In this document: piece after piece, positions 1 through 8,102 of the stretch | Position numbering within the stretch: the stretch's first letter is position 1 | Layout: every line of letters begins with the position of its first letter | Virus record (IMG/VR): IMGVR_UViG_3300028800_000009 | Location: 1 to 64,000 of that record | DNA from: a virus | Direction: 5' to 3' (one strand) | Length of the DNA stretch: 64,000 bases | The notes under the pieces: generated by a model | Seen by the model: only the letters and a program-made list of their open reading frames with translations | Databases searched by the model: none | Told to the model about the DNA's origin: nothing | Program-made: the position numbers and the translations under genes

Positions 1-288
1 CGAGTACTATCCCGACGGATCGGTGAAGCGCGTCGAATTCCATTCGCATCAGTCAACAATTACGATGGACCCGCGAGTGCGTTTCACAATCGGCAACGAC
101 CTTTCCATTCTACCGAACACCTAAAGGGAGCCGTAGGATGAAGGCTGTCTTTGCAATTCTTGCTCTCTCTGTATTTTTCATGGCTGGCGGCTGTCAGTCC
201 AATGACGATCTCTACAGCGGCACCCTCAAGAGCGAGCTTCGCAAGTGCGAGCGCGTGACCGGTGATCCAGGTTGGTGCGCGCGAAAGC
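1..288. repeat. Direct repeat copy 1, identical to 4592-4879; may extend left of the window
   Basis: Base-by-base comparison: cgagtactatccc...gcgcgcgaaagc occurs at 1-288 and again at 4592-4879, then the copies diverge. Confidence 0.95.
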
Positions 289-314
289 TTTTCGAAATTG
301 TTTCACGTAATTGA
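138..314 (+). CDS. Small putative lipoprotein (58 aa)
   Basis: Translated by hand: MKAVFAILALSVFFMAGGCQS...EIVSRN*; hydrophobic leader with lipobox-like AGGC; SD aagggag. Confidence 0.6.
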   Translation: MKAVFAILALSVFFMAGGCQSNDDLYSGTLKSELRKCERVTGDPGWCARKLFEIVSRN

Positions 315-329
315 GGAGCCCGTAGAAGC

Positions 330-983
330 ATGTTGAAACGCCCACGCGCGCTTGATCTTTTCTGCGGCGCAGGCGGCGCAACCAAAGGGCTGCAACGCGC
401 CGGCTATAGCGTGATGGGCGTTGACCTCAACCCAATGCCAAACTATTGCGGCGAGATGTTTCGCCAGGACGATGCGACCGGGATGCTTCTATCGGAGATT
501 CGATCTTTTGACTTCGCGTGGGCTTCGCCACCGTGCCAAAAGTTTTGCGCGCTCAACACGCGCGAGGACTTGTCCGGCTATCCTGACCTGATCGAGCCCA
601 TCCGCAACATCCTGATCGAGAGTGGCGTCCCGTTCGTCATTGAGAACGTGCCCGGCGCTCCGGTACGCGCCGATCTCATTCTCTGCGGCGCCATGTTCGG
701 ATTGCGCAGCTACCGCCATCGGCATTTTGAATGCTCCTTTCCGGTCAGCCAGCCCGAGCACCCCACGCATAAGGTCCGGGTGAACCGCCGCGGCGAGAAC
801 CGGCGAGCGCATTGGGCCAACGGCGGCTTCATCACGGTCACGGGCGACGTTGGCACCTACTGCGGCCCGGAAGCCATGGGCATAGATTGGATGAACGGCA
901 ACGAGATGAGCGAGGCGATACCGCCCGCCTATGCCGAGTATATTGGTCGTGCTGCGCTGGCAATCCTTGCCAGCGCAGCATAG
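330..983 (+). CDS. C5-cytosine DNA methyltransferase (short phage type)
   Basis: Motif I LDLFCGAGG, catalytic motif IV WASPPCQ, motif VI IENVPG, C-terminal EAIPPAY; SD gaggag. Confidence 0.9.
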   Translation: MLKRPRALDLFCGAGGATKGLQRAGYSVMGVDLNPMPNYCGEMFRQDDATGMLLSEIRSFDFAWASPPCQKFCALNTREDLSGYPDLIEPIRNILIESGVPFVIENVPGAPVRADLILCGAMFGLRSYRHRHFECSFPVSQPEHPTHKVRVNRRGENRRAHWANGGFITVTGDVGTYCGPEAMGIDWMNGNEMSEAIPPAYAEYIGRAALAILASAA

Positions 984-1002
984 CTAGAAAGGAGGCCCTA
1001 TC

Positions 1003-1365
1003 GTGGTCCCGAGATTCATCAGCAACTATCGCGGCACTCACAAGTCAAAGCCGGTGAAGAAGGGCGATTACGTGGTCGCGACGAAATACGGCGATGGAGA
1101 TCCTGGCGATCAGTTTTGCATCGGCACCTATGACGGCTCGTTCGACCACTTTGGAGAGATGCGTCACTTGGTACTCGACAATGATGGCAAGAATTTCCGG
1201 CACAATGGATTCCGCCGCGTGGAGCGCGTCACGAGCAAACGTGGCGCTTGGTTAGTCGCGCACCTCGCTTATATCGAAAAGATGCAAGATCAATATAGTG
1301 TTTGGCATTGGGTTCATGCCTCTTGGGCTGAGCTTAATTCAGTCGCGCAACAGCTAGCAGCATAG
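1003..1365 (+). CDS. Hypothetical phage protein
   Basis: SD aaggagg, GTG start, fills the gap between neighbours. Confidence 0.6.
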   Translation: MVPRFISNYRGTHKSKPVKKGDYVVATKYGDGDPGDQFCIGTYDGSFDHFGEMRHLVLDNDGKNFRHNGFRRVERVTSKRGAWLVAHLAYIEKMQDQYSVWHWVHASWAELNSVAQQLAA

Positions 1366-1374
1366 GAGCATTGA

Positions 1375-1929
1375 ATGAGTGAGTTCGTTCCGTTTCAAAA
1401 GATCGGCCGCCTGTCGCGCGAGATCATCGTGACCGAAAAGATCGACGGCACGAATGGCGTGATCGAGATCGGCGAAGACGGCTCTTACCAGATCGGTAGC
1501 CGCTCGCGCTGGCTTGGCGCCGATGGCGATAACTTCGGCTTCGGCATGTGGGCGCTCACTCACAAGGACGAACTGATCGCCGGGCTTGGTGTCGGGCGTC
1601 ACTTTGGCGAGTGGTGGGGCTCCGGTATCCAGCGCCGCTATGGGCTGACCGAGAAACGATTCTCTCTCTTCAACGTGCATCGGTGGGGTGAGGCGCGGCC
1701 GGCGTGCTGCCATGTCGTACCGACGCTCTGGCGTGGCGACTTCGACACGACCGAGATCAAGCGCGTCATGGACGAATTGAAAGCTGGCGGCAGCGTCGCG
1801 GCTCCGGGCTTCATGCGCCCAGAGGGCGTCGTGATCTATCACGCGCAAGCGAACGTGCTGTTCAAGAAGACCTATGACAATGATGACGCAGGCAAAGGGC
1901 GCGAGCCTATTGCCGCGATGAACACCTAG
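1375..1929 (+). CDS. RNA ligase-like covalent nucleotidyltransferase (Rnl2-like adenylation domain)
   Basis: Motif I VTEKIDGTNG, FGEWWG, motif IV EGVV, terminal FKK. Confidence 0.75.
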   Translation: MSEFVPFQKIGRLSREIIVTEKIDGTNGVIEIGEDGSYQIGSRSRWLGADGDNFGFGMWALTHKDELIAGLGVGRHFGEWWGSGIQRRYGLTEKRFSLFNVHRWGEARPACCHVVPTLWRGDFDTTEIKRVMDELKAGGSVAAPGFMRPEGVVIYHAQANVLFKKTYDNDDAGKGREPIAAMNT

Positions 1930-1946
1930 CACGAAGGGAGCCAAGC

Positions 1947-2186
1947 ATGAAGACCATTCCAAACCCAGAAAAAGCCTTTTCTGTCGCGTGCGGCTGCGGC
2001 GCTCCTTCCGGCCAGGATTGCCCGCACACGCCGATCCGCTGTCCTCATCGCTGGTGGTACGGGTCGAGCCCGGCATCGCTTCACGACAGCGTGCCTGATG
2101 ACCAGAAGATCGGCGGCAAGCGTGAATGCGAGTACTGTGGCCGGGTTGAGCGCGCGGAATTGTCCTGGTCAACGGTCGTAGCTTAA
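1947..2186 (+). CDS. Small Cys-rich hypothetical protein
   Basis: SD aagggag; CxC, CPH and CEYC motifs. Confidence 0.55.
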   Translation: MKTIPNPEKAFSVACGCGAPSGQDCPHTPIRCPHRWWYGSSPASLHDSVPDDQKIGGKRECEYCGRVERAELSWSTVVA

Positions 2187-2200
2187 AGGGAGGCCTAGTC

Positions 2201-2395
2201 ATGCCGAATGTTGGGCAAACATTTACGCGCGTACCTGCTGGGTCACCGACGGGTTTGATGCAAAACTGCCGGAAGCGCGTGGCCATTGGCTTCTTACCGG
2301 GCGACTTTGACCGTTTGGTAAAACTTTCGCGCAAGAACGGTATCAGCTTTAACGAGCAAGTGCGCCGTCTCTGTACTTCGACCGACCATATTTAA
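2201..2395 (+). CDS. Small protein, possibly ribbon-helix-helix DNA binding
   Basis: SD gggagg; pattern RVAIGF..DFDRLVKLSRKNGISFNEQVRRL. Confidence 0.5.
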   Translation: MPNVGQTFTRVPAGSPTGLMQNCRKRVAIGFLPGDFDRLVKLSRKNGISFNEQVRRLCTSTDHI

Positions 2396-2405
2396 GGAGC
2401 GTGCG

Positions 2406-2609
2406 TTGCCACTCGATCTGACACAGGAGGAGAAAGACATCCTTTGCACAATTTGGGCCGGATGGGATGTTGAAGACCTCGACGATGCGCAAAAGCTGAT
2501 CGTGCAAGCGCTCGCTCGCAAAGGACTCATTCGTCAAATCTGGGCCATGACGCCAAAGGGCAATGCTGCCATTGCCCGAGCTGAGGCATTTGGTGAGGAT
2601 GTCCTGTGA
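2406..2609 (+). CDS. Hypothetical protein
   Basis: SD taaggag; coupled to the next ORF. Confidence 0.5.
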   Translation: MPLDLTQEEKDILCTIWAGWDVEDLDDAQKLIVQALARKGLIRQIWAMTPKGNAAIARAEAFGEDVL

Positions 2610-2863
2610 CCGACCATCCGTGCAAAGGCATGACAAGGGCGCAGCGCGAAGCTTTTGAGCGCGTCGCTGTCAATCAGATGCCAGCATGCACATGGCCGAC
2701 GATCGATGCGCTTTTGAAAGCTGGCGTGATCGAGCGTGGTGAAGCAGAGACAAGGCGCGATGCAATGGGCGTCTACCAAATTCCAAGCTTCCGTGTTCCG
2801 CTCGCGGTCCATGCGCAATGGTGCGCGTGGTGCAGCGAGCAGCCAGAAAACTCGGAAGCATAA
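2606..2863 (+). CDS. Hypothetical protein
   Basis: GTGA overlap with the previous ORF. Confidence 0.55.
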   Translation: MTDHPCKGMTRAQREAFERVAVNQMPACTWPTIDALLKAGVIERGEAETRRDAMGVYQIPSFRVPLAVHAQWCAWCSEQPENSEA

Positions 2864-2873
2864 AGGAGCCCCC

Positions 2874-3095
2874 ATGAAGGATACGGGCGGCGTCGCGTTT
2901 CCGGTCAGCATCCCAGGCTGCGGCGATAACGGTTGGCAGGGGATGGATCTGCGCGACTACTTTGCGGCGAAGGCAATTCCGCGCATGGTGTCTCTTTGCC
3001 AGGATCGAGACGGCGGTTGGGACCCAGTCGCGGTTGCGGTCGGTTGCTATGAGATCGCCGACGCGATGATCGAAGCCCGCAAGCAGCCAATTTAG
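2874..3095 (+). CDS. Conserved small phage protein (GGxAFP...GMxLRDYFAAKA family)
   Basis: MKDTGGVAFP and GMDLRDYFAAKA...ADAMIEAR are recurrent phage motifs; SD aaggag. Confidence 0.75.
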   Translation: MKDTGGVAFPVSIPGCGDNGWQGMDLRDYFAAKAIPRMVSLCQDRDGGWDPVAVAVGCYEIADAMIEARKQPI

Positions 3096-3103
3096 GAGCG
3101 CCA

Positions 3104-3304
3104 GTGGACGACGATCTTGAACCGCCCGATACTGGCCGCGACTGTCCGTGGAAGTGCAAGCCGTCATCGCGTGCATGCCTTTGTAGGAAGACGACGCTTG
3201 AGATCGCGCGCCAAACAAGATACCGCGTGCGCCGCGACCGAGGGCGTGCAGTAGTAAAGAATCTTGAAACTGGGCAGATTACTATCCTGCCCGACAGACG
3301 ATAG
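3104..3304 (+). CDS. Hypothetical protein
   Basis: SD taggag, GTG start. Confidence 0.45.
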   Translation: MDDDLEPPDTGRDCPWKCKPSSRACLCRKTTLEIARQTRYRVRRDRGRAVVKNLETGQITILPDRR

Positions 3305-3313
3305 AGGAGCGTC

Positions 3314-4027
3314 ATGAAGCCCAAGGCGCTTGATCTTTTCTGCGGTGCGGGCGGCGCAACTAAGGGATTGCAGCGCGCGGGGTTCCATGTGACCGGGGTT
3401 GATATCAATCCTCAGCCCCGATATTGCGGCGATGAGTTAATTCAGGCAGATGCGCTCGCGCCGCCGGTTGATCTGGCCGACTTCGATTTCATCTGGGCTT
3501 CACCACCTTGCCAAGCATACACACTCGCGGCGCCATTACAGAAGCGCGACAACCCGCGCCTAATCGAACCGGTGCGCGAATTGCTCGTTGCATCCGGCAA
3601 GCCCTATACGATCGAGAACGTGCCGAAAGCACCGTTGATCAATCCAACAACGTTATGTGGTTTGACATTCGGATTGCGGGTCAAGCGGCACCGTATCTTC
3701 GAGACCACGTTTCCAGTTCAGCCGCCGATTTGTCCCAAAGGCCATCCCGGCGATTGGCTCATCGTATTCGGTTGGTCGGCGCTCAAGCGTAGCCGAGGCG
3801 CCGGCACGGGGCCGAAGAAAGACCGCGGCAAGACGAAGGGTCATTCCGTTCCGCACGCTGAAGCCGGCGCCGCAATGGGCATCGATTGGATGAACCGTAA
3901 AGAATTGAGTGAGTCTATCCCGCCCGCATATTCTGAATTCATCGCCCGCGCGTTTTTGGCAAAGCCAAGCATCGGGCTCGACCCGATCTGGCATGGGAAT
4001 ATCACCAACGGCGAAGTTACGCCTTAA
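3314..4027 (+). CDS. Second C5-cytosine DNA methyltransferase, paralog of 330-983
   Basis: LDLFCGAGG, WASPPCQ, IENVP, ESIPPAY; 5' nucleotide sequence closely similar to the first copy. Confidence 0.9.
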   Translation: MKPKALDLFCGAGGATKGLQRAGFHVTGVDINPQPRYCGDELIQADALAPPVDLADFDFIWASPPCQAYTLAAPLQKRDNPRLIEPVRELLVASGKPYTIENVPKAPLINPTTLCGLTFGLRVKRHRIFETTFPVQPPICPKGHPGDWLIVFGWSALKRSRGAGTGPKKDRGKTKGHSVPHAEAGAAMGIDWMNRKELSESIPPAYSEFIARAFLAKPSIGLDPIWHGNITNGEVTP

Positions 4028-4043
4028 AAGGGGGAACGCCAGC

Positions 4044-4286
4044 ATGGAGCCGGGTGACTACATCTTTTGGGGCGAACAGCCGAACGTCCATATCTGGCTC
4101 GTCAAGTCTGTGTTCCTTGGCGTCAAAGGACAGGAGAGTTTGGTCGAGATTGAGAATGTGAGCCACAAGCCTGGCGTCTATTTCGTCGGGGCCACCAGCT
4201 TCGGCATCCACAAGATAGCCGCTGAAACAATGTTTGTTCCCGAGTGTCTTCTGCGCGGTCTCAGGACCGGCAGAGAAGCCGTCTAA
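4044..4286 (+). CDS. Hypothetical protein (start moved to MEPGD)
   Basis: SD aaggggga upstream of ATG at 4044. Confidence 0.55.
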   Translation: MEPGDYIFWGEQPNVHIWLVKSVFLGVKGQESLVEIENVSHKPGVYFVGATSFGIHKIAAETMFVPECLLRGLRTGREAV

Positions 4287-4299
4287 AACGGAGGTGCCT

Positions 4300-4524
4300 T
4301 TGGATTTAAAGATTACGAATGGCTCGAGCGTCACCCGCATTTGGGATAATGACCATACCGAATTCTTGGCCGCGTTCCAATACGAGACCCACGCGATCTC
4401 GTTCGCCAAGGATTGCGCCGCCGAAGATCGCGACACTCGGGTTTGGTATATCGTCAGCAACCATCATTCTGGCGGGGTGCCGATTGTTAGACCGCAACCC
4501 AAAACCGCCGCGCAAGCGGCCTAA
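4300..4524 (+). CDS. Hypothetical protein (TTG start)
   Basis: SD ggaggt upstream of TTG at 4300. Confidence 0.55.
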   Translation: MDLKITNGSSVTRIWDNDHTEFLAAFQYETHAISFAKDCAAEDRDTRVWYIVSNHHSGGVPIVRPQPKTAAQAA

Positions 4525-4538
4525 GAAGGGAGCCAACG

Positions 4539-4715
4539 ATGAATGAGCGATGCGGCTGGTGCAGCAGCGAAACGATCAAGGTCTACCACACCGAGTACTA
4601 TCCCGACGGATCGGTGAAGCGCGTCGAATTCCATTCGCATCAGTCAACAATTACGATGGACCCGCGAGTGCGTTTCACAATCGGCAACGACCTTTCCATT
4701 CTACCGAACACCTAA
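4539..4715 (+). CDS. Small hypothetical protein (EYYPDGSVKRVEF motif); its 3' part is duplicated at 1-124
   Basis: Translated by hand MNERCGWC...LPNT*; SD aagggag. Confidence 0.55.
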   Translation: MNERCGWCSSETIKVYHTEYYPDGSVKRVEFHSHQSTITMDPRVRFTIGNDLSILPNT

Positions 4716-4879
4716 AGGGAGCCGTAGGATGAAGGCTGTCTTTGCAATTCTTGCTCTCTCTGTATTTTTCATGGCTGGCGGCTGTCAGTCCAATGACGAT
4801 CTCTACAGCGGCACCCTCAAGAGCGAGCTTCGCAAGTGCGAGCGCGTGACCGGTGATCCAGGTTGGTGCGCGCGAAAGC
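4592..4879. repeat. Direct repeat copy 2
   Basis: Identical to 1-288. Confidence 0.95.
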
Positions 4880-5160
4880 AAATGGAGAGGAAGATTGTCT
4901 GGTTTTTTCAGGGATTGGGTCAACCAACAGCAGGCTTTTTGCCAGCGATTAGCTTTATTGGGGGCGCTACGTGTTTCGTTATTGGCATTAGTCTCGTCGC
5001 CATCGGTGCCCATATTTTAGGTTTCCCCCTAATGTTAAGCGGCGTCCTCTTAATTATTTTGCCCTATCTGCTAAACACCTCTAATCGCTTCCCCGAAAAT
5101 GTCCTCGTTGCTCCGGTTGTTGTAACGGAAACAGAATTCAGCGACGACTTCGCTGTATGA
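4729..5160 (+). CDS. Chimeric ORF: lipoprotein N-terminus fused to a low-GC membrane segment
   Basis: First 50 aa identical to 138-314, then two hydrophobic helices in AT-richer DNA. Confidence 0.5.
   Translation: MKAVFAILALSVFFMAGGCQSNDDLYSGTLKSELRKCERVTGDPGWCARKQMERKIVWFFQGLGQPTAGFLPAISFIGGATCFVIGISLVAIGAHILGFPLMLSGVLLIILPYLLNTSNRFPENVLVAPVVVTETEFSDDFAV
5071..5145 (-). mobile_element. Remnant of the C-terminus of an IS1595-family transposase
   Basis: Minus strand reads VAEFCFRYNNRSNEDIFGEAIRGV*, matching the EFxFRYNxR end of IS1595 DDE transposases. Confidence 0.7.
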
Positions 5161-5232
5161 AATGGTCTTGGCCGCAGAACGTGCTCGCCGCTGGCGATCT
5201 TGCCAAAACCCAGGCGCGTTAAGGGAGCCTGC

Positions 5233-5802
5233 ATGCGCAACCAACGACAACGTGAGGTTCATGAGTGGTGCGCCGCAGCTTTCGGCGTCGAGCATGCATC
5301 CTCCGTGCCGCAGCGCGCGGTTCGTCTCCTTGAGGAAACGATCGAAGCCTATCAAGCTGCCGGCGGCGATCTTGAGATGGCTCATCGCCTCCTCGATTTC
5401 GTCTTCCGGCATCCCGTTGGATCGCTTAATCAGGAACTCGGCGGTATTGGGCTCACGCTCCTTGCGCTCGCGCAAGCGGCTGGCCTGAGTGCCGACGATG
5501 AAGAGCGCCGGGAGTTTGATCGCGTGCTAAAGAAGCCGCTTGCATGGTTTCATGCCCGCAATGAGGCGAAGAACGATGCGGGCTTTGAAGTTAACGCCTA
5601 CCCTGTCAATAGAGGAGCATTGGTCGTGAAGCAGGAGAATGTTGATAAAATCCGCGCCGCCCTTAAGGCTCGCACCAAATATGCGGCATGCAACGACCCG
5701 GACGCACCAGCGGCAACATTCGACCGCGTTCTCGGTTGGTCAATCATAGTAGTAGCCATCGTCCTCCTATCCGTCGTATTCTGGGCCGCGATCGGTTCTT
5801 AG
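5233..5802 (+). CDS. MazG-like all-alpha NTP pyrophosphohydrolase domain with a C-terminal membrane segment
   Basis: RLLEETIE...QELGG pattern; SD aagggag; an internal SD near 5612 suggests two genes fused. Confidence 0.55.
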   Translation: MRNQRQREVHEWCAAAFGVEHASSVPQRAVRLLEETIEAYQAAGGDLEMAHRLLDFVFRHPVGSLNQELGGIGLTLLALAQAAGLSADDEERREFDRVLKKPLAWFHARNEAKNDAGFEVNAYPVNRGALVVKQENVDKIRAALKARTKYAACNDPDAPAATFDRVLGWSIIVVAIVLLSVVFWAAIGS

Positions 5803-5814
5803 GGAGTATCAGTC

Positions 5815-6057
5815 ATGTTCTACCTCACTATCATCTGCCTCTCGGGCCAACTTCTCTGCGCCCACTTCGACGAGCGCCAGTCCTATCCGGTATTCTCGCG
5901 CGAAAAGCAATGTATCGAGTACGGCGCGGACGTCGCGACGCGCTATCATACCCAGCCGTGGCTTACCAGCGCCGGCCTCTTTGCGAGCGGCCTGGACTTC
6001 GGCATCAAATGCCGACGCCCGGATACGAAGAGGGCCTGGCGCCCGAGCGTACTATGA
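5815..6057 (+). CDS. Hypothetical protein
   Basis: SD gggag; ATGA overlap with the helicase. Confidence 0.5.
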   Translation: MFYLTIICLSGQLLCAHFDERQSYPVFSREKQCIEYGADVATRYHTQPWLTSAGLFASGLDFGIKCRRPDTKRAWRPSVL

Positions 6058-7661
6058 AGTCCATGATTCCTTTATGGACGCACCAAGAAAAAATATTCGA
6101 GCGCTCGAAGGACGCCCCGGCTTGGGCTCTACTGATGGAGCAACGGACCGGTAAGAGCCGTATCGCAGTTATGACCGCCGAGCATCTATTTTGTAAAGGC
6201 GAAATCGACGCCGTCGCGGTCGTCGCCCCGCTCGGCGTCGACGTAAACTGGACCCTCGACGAGTTCCCGAAGTGGGCTACCGCGCCGTTCGCGTCTTTTA
6301 ACTGGCGAGTGAAACGCGTCGGAAAGGAATTCCTTCGGCGATTCGAAGAATTCCTTTCTATTCGCGACCGCCTCCCCGTCTTTACGATGAACGTCGACGC
6401 GCTAATTACGGAGGAGGGAAAGAAATCTCTTAAAAGATTTCTTTCCCAACGTCGCGTCCTCTATATCCTCGACGAGTCCGACGTCATATGTAATCCCGGC
6501 GCGAAAAGGACGAAGACCGCGCTCGCCTCCTCGAAATACGCGCCCTACCGGCGTATCCTTACCGGAACGCCCGTCGCTGAGTCGCCATTCGACGCCTACG
6601 CGCAGTTCAAATTCCTCGACCCTGCGATCCTCGGCTTCTCTGAGTTCTCATCTTTCAAGGCTCGGTACGCGGATATCGGGGTTACGGGCGACCGCGCGTT
6701 CCGGGAGGTCCATGATCGGGTCTACGCTCGCGAGATCGCTGCCGGGCGCCAGCCGCCCGTCGCGGAAGGCATCGCCATCACGGAAGCTGCCCGAATTGGG
6801 AAAACATGGGACGAGGTGAAGGAGTATCGGAATTTAGAAGAGCTATCCTTAAAAATCGGAGCTTTCAGCTCCCGAGTTTTGCGCTCCGAAGTCTCCGACG
6901 CCCCCGCGAAAATCTACGCGAAAGCCCGCTTCCAACTTACGCCACGCCAGCGCGCTTTCTACGACGAACTTCGCGATAAGTTCATCGCCGAGCTATCGTC
7001 GGAGGAAGTCGTCTCGACCTCGAACGTCCTCGCGCGCTATACGCGTCTTCAGCAAGTTACGTCGAACCTCGCCGTCCTCGACCGCGTAGCCCAGGAGTGC
7101 CCGCGTTGCGTCGGGACCGATCCGGAATGCGTCGCCTGTGACGGCATCGGGCTCGTGGTGCCGGAACGGATTGAAAAGCGAATCGACGAGACGAACCCAC
7201 GGCTCCTTTCGCTGGGGGAAGAGCTAAGGCGTAATCGCCTTAGCTCTTCCATCGTATGGTGCAAGTTCAACGTCGACGTTGATGACGTTATCGGGCTCCT
7301 CGAAAAGATGGGGCGTAGACCAGTCCGATACGATGGTCGCATCTCGGACGAAGAAAAACTCCGTTCGAAGCGCGCGTTCCAAGAGGGGTTAGCAACCGAT
7401 ATCGTCGGCAAGACCTCGTCGGGGGGACGAGGTCTTGATTTCTCCCGAACCGAAGGTATCCATTTCTATAACTGCGCATTCCCCTTACGATGGCGCCTTC
7501 AGGGCGAGGATCGTGGCGAATCGCTCTTAAAGCGCTTCGCCACGATCGTTACCGATCACATTGCGGAAGATAGCATCGATGACAAGATCGTAGAGGCGCT
7601 GCGTAACAAGCGCCAAGTTTCGTCGCTTGTTACCGGCGATCGCGTAGAGGACTGGATATGA
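6054..7661 (+). CDS. SNF2-type superfamily 2 helicase with an inserted Cys4 zinc finger
   Basis: MEQRTGKS (motif I), ILDES (II), LTGTP (III), GGRGLD (V), QGEDR (VI); CPRC...CVAC insert. Confidence 0.88.
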   Translation: MKSMIPLWTHQEKIFERSKDAPAWALLMEQRTGKSRIAVMTAEHLFCKGEIDAVAVVAPLGVDVNWTLDEFPKWATAPFASFNWRVKRVGKEFLRRFEEFLSIRDRLPVFTMNVDALITEEGKKSLKRFLSQRRVLYILDESDVICNPGAKRTKTALASSKYAPYRRILTGTPVAESPFDAYAQFKFLDPAILGFSEFSSFKARYADIGVTGDRAFREVHDRVYAREIAAGRQPPVAEGIAITEAARIGKTWDEVKEYRNLEELSLKIGAFSSRVLRSEVSDAPAKIYAKARFQLTPRQRAFYDELRDKFIAELSSEEVVSTSNVLARYTRLQQVTSNLAVLDRVAQECPRCVGTDPECVACDGIGLVVPERIEKRIDETNPRLLSLGEELRRNRLSSSIVWCKFNVDVDDVIGLLEKMGRRPVRYDGRISDEEKLRSKRAFQEGLATDIVGKTSSGGRGLDFSRTEGIHFYNCAFPLRWRLQGEDRGESLLKRFATIVTDHIAEDSIDDKIVEALRNKRQVSSLVTGDRVEDWI

Positions 7662-7668
7662 AAATCGC

Positions 7669-7697
7669 TTTACTTCTGCCTCCGACCCGTTTAACGT
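7669..7697 (+). promoter_or_regulatory. Putative sigma70-type early promoter
   Basis: TTTACT-17bp-TAACGT; same layout as four other intergenic sites. Confidence 0.55.
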
Positions 7698-7724
7698 CTT
7701 TCCCCAATAGGGAGAACTAGGTAA

Positions 7725-8087
7725 ATGCCACGCGTCTTCATCATCCATGACCAACCCAGGCGGAATAAGGTCTCTGGCGAATTCGAGAGCTGGCGTAATT
7801 TCCGCCCTGCCGGTGAATTCGGGGAACTTGTCACAGTCATACCGTCGATTCGAACATCGAATGACCCGAACGCCGAATTAGTCAAGATTCAGGAAACCCT
7901 CTCCGATTACCGCGAAGACGATTATCTACTTCTCGTCGGTTCTGGGGAGTTCCTCGCCTTTGCCGGTGCGATCGCGGCACGTGCGACCGGGGGTCCGATT
8001 CGTTGGCTCTATTACGATAAGAAAAATGATCGCTACTTTCCGAGTCCGCGGATCGACGTCTACTCAGATGCGGATAAACCACGCTAA
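7725..8087 (+). CDS. Hypothetical phage protein
   Basis: SD gggaga; EFGELVTV and DDYLLLVG motifs. Confidence 0.7.
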   Translation: MPRVFIIHDQPRRNKVSGEFESWRNFRPAGEFGELVTVIPSIRTSNDPNAELVKIQETLSDYREDDYLLLVGSGEFLAFAGAIAARATGGPIRWLYYDKKNDRYFPSPRIDVYSDADKPR

Positions 8088-8102
8088 CCTGGAGAATCAG
8101 AA

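Noticed and set aside
299-314. parS-like sequence tgtttcacgtaattga
   Set aside because: Only the left part matches TGTTTCACGTGAAACA, it is not palindromic, it lies inside a coding end, and no ParB is seen
1-4879. Repeat pairs as the template and variable regions of a diversity-generating retroelement
   Set aside because: The 288-bp copies are identical, the 23091/24843 pair differs at mixed, mostly synonymous sites rather than adenines only, and no reverse transcriptase is visible
119-5817. Classical integron cassette array
   Set aside because: No attC-like palindromes (RYYYAAC...GTTRRRY) between genes and no IntI in the window
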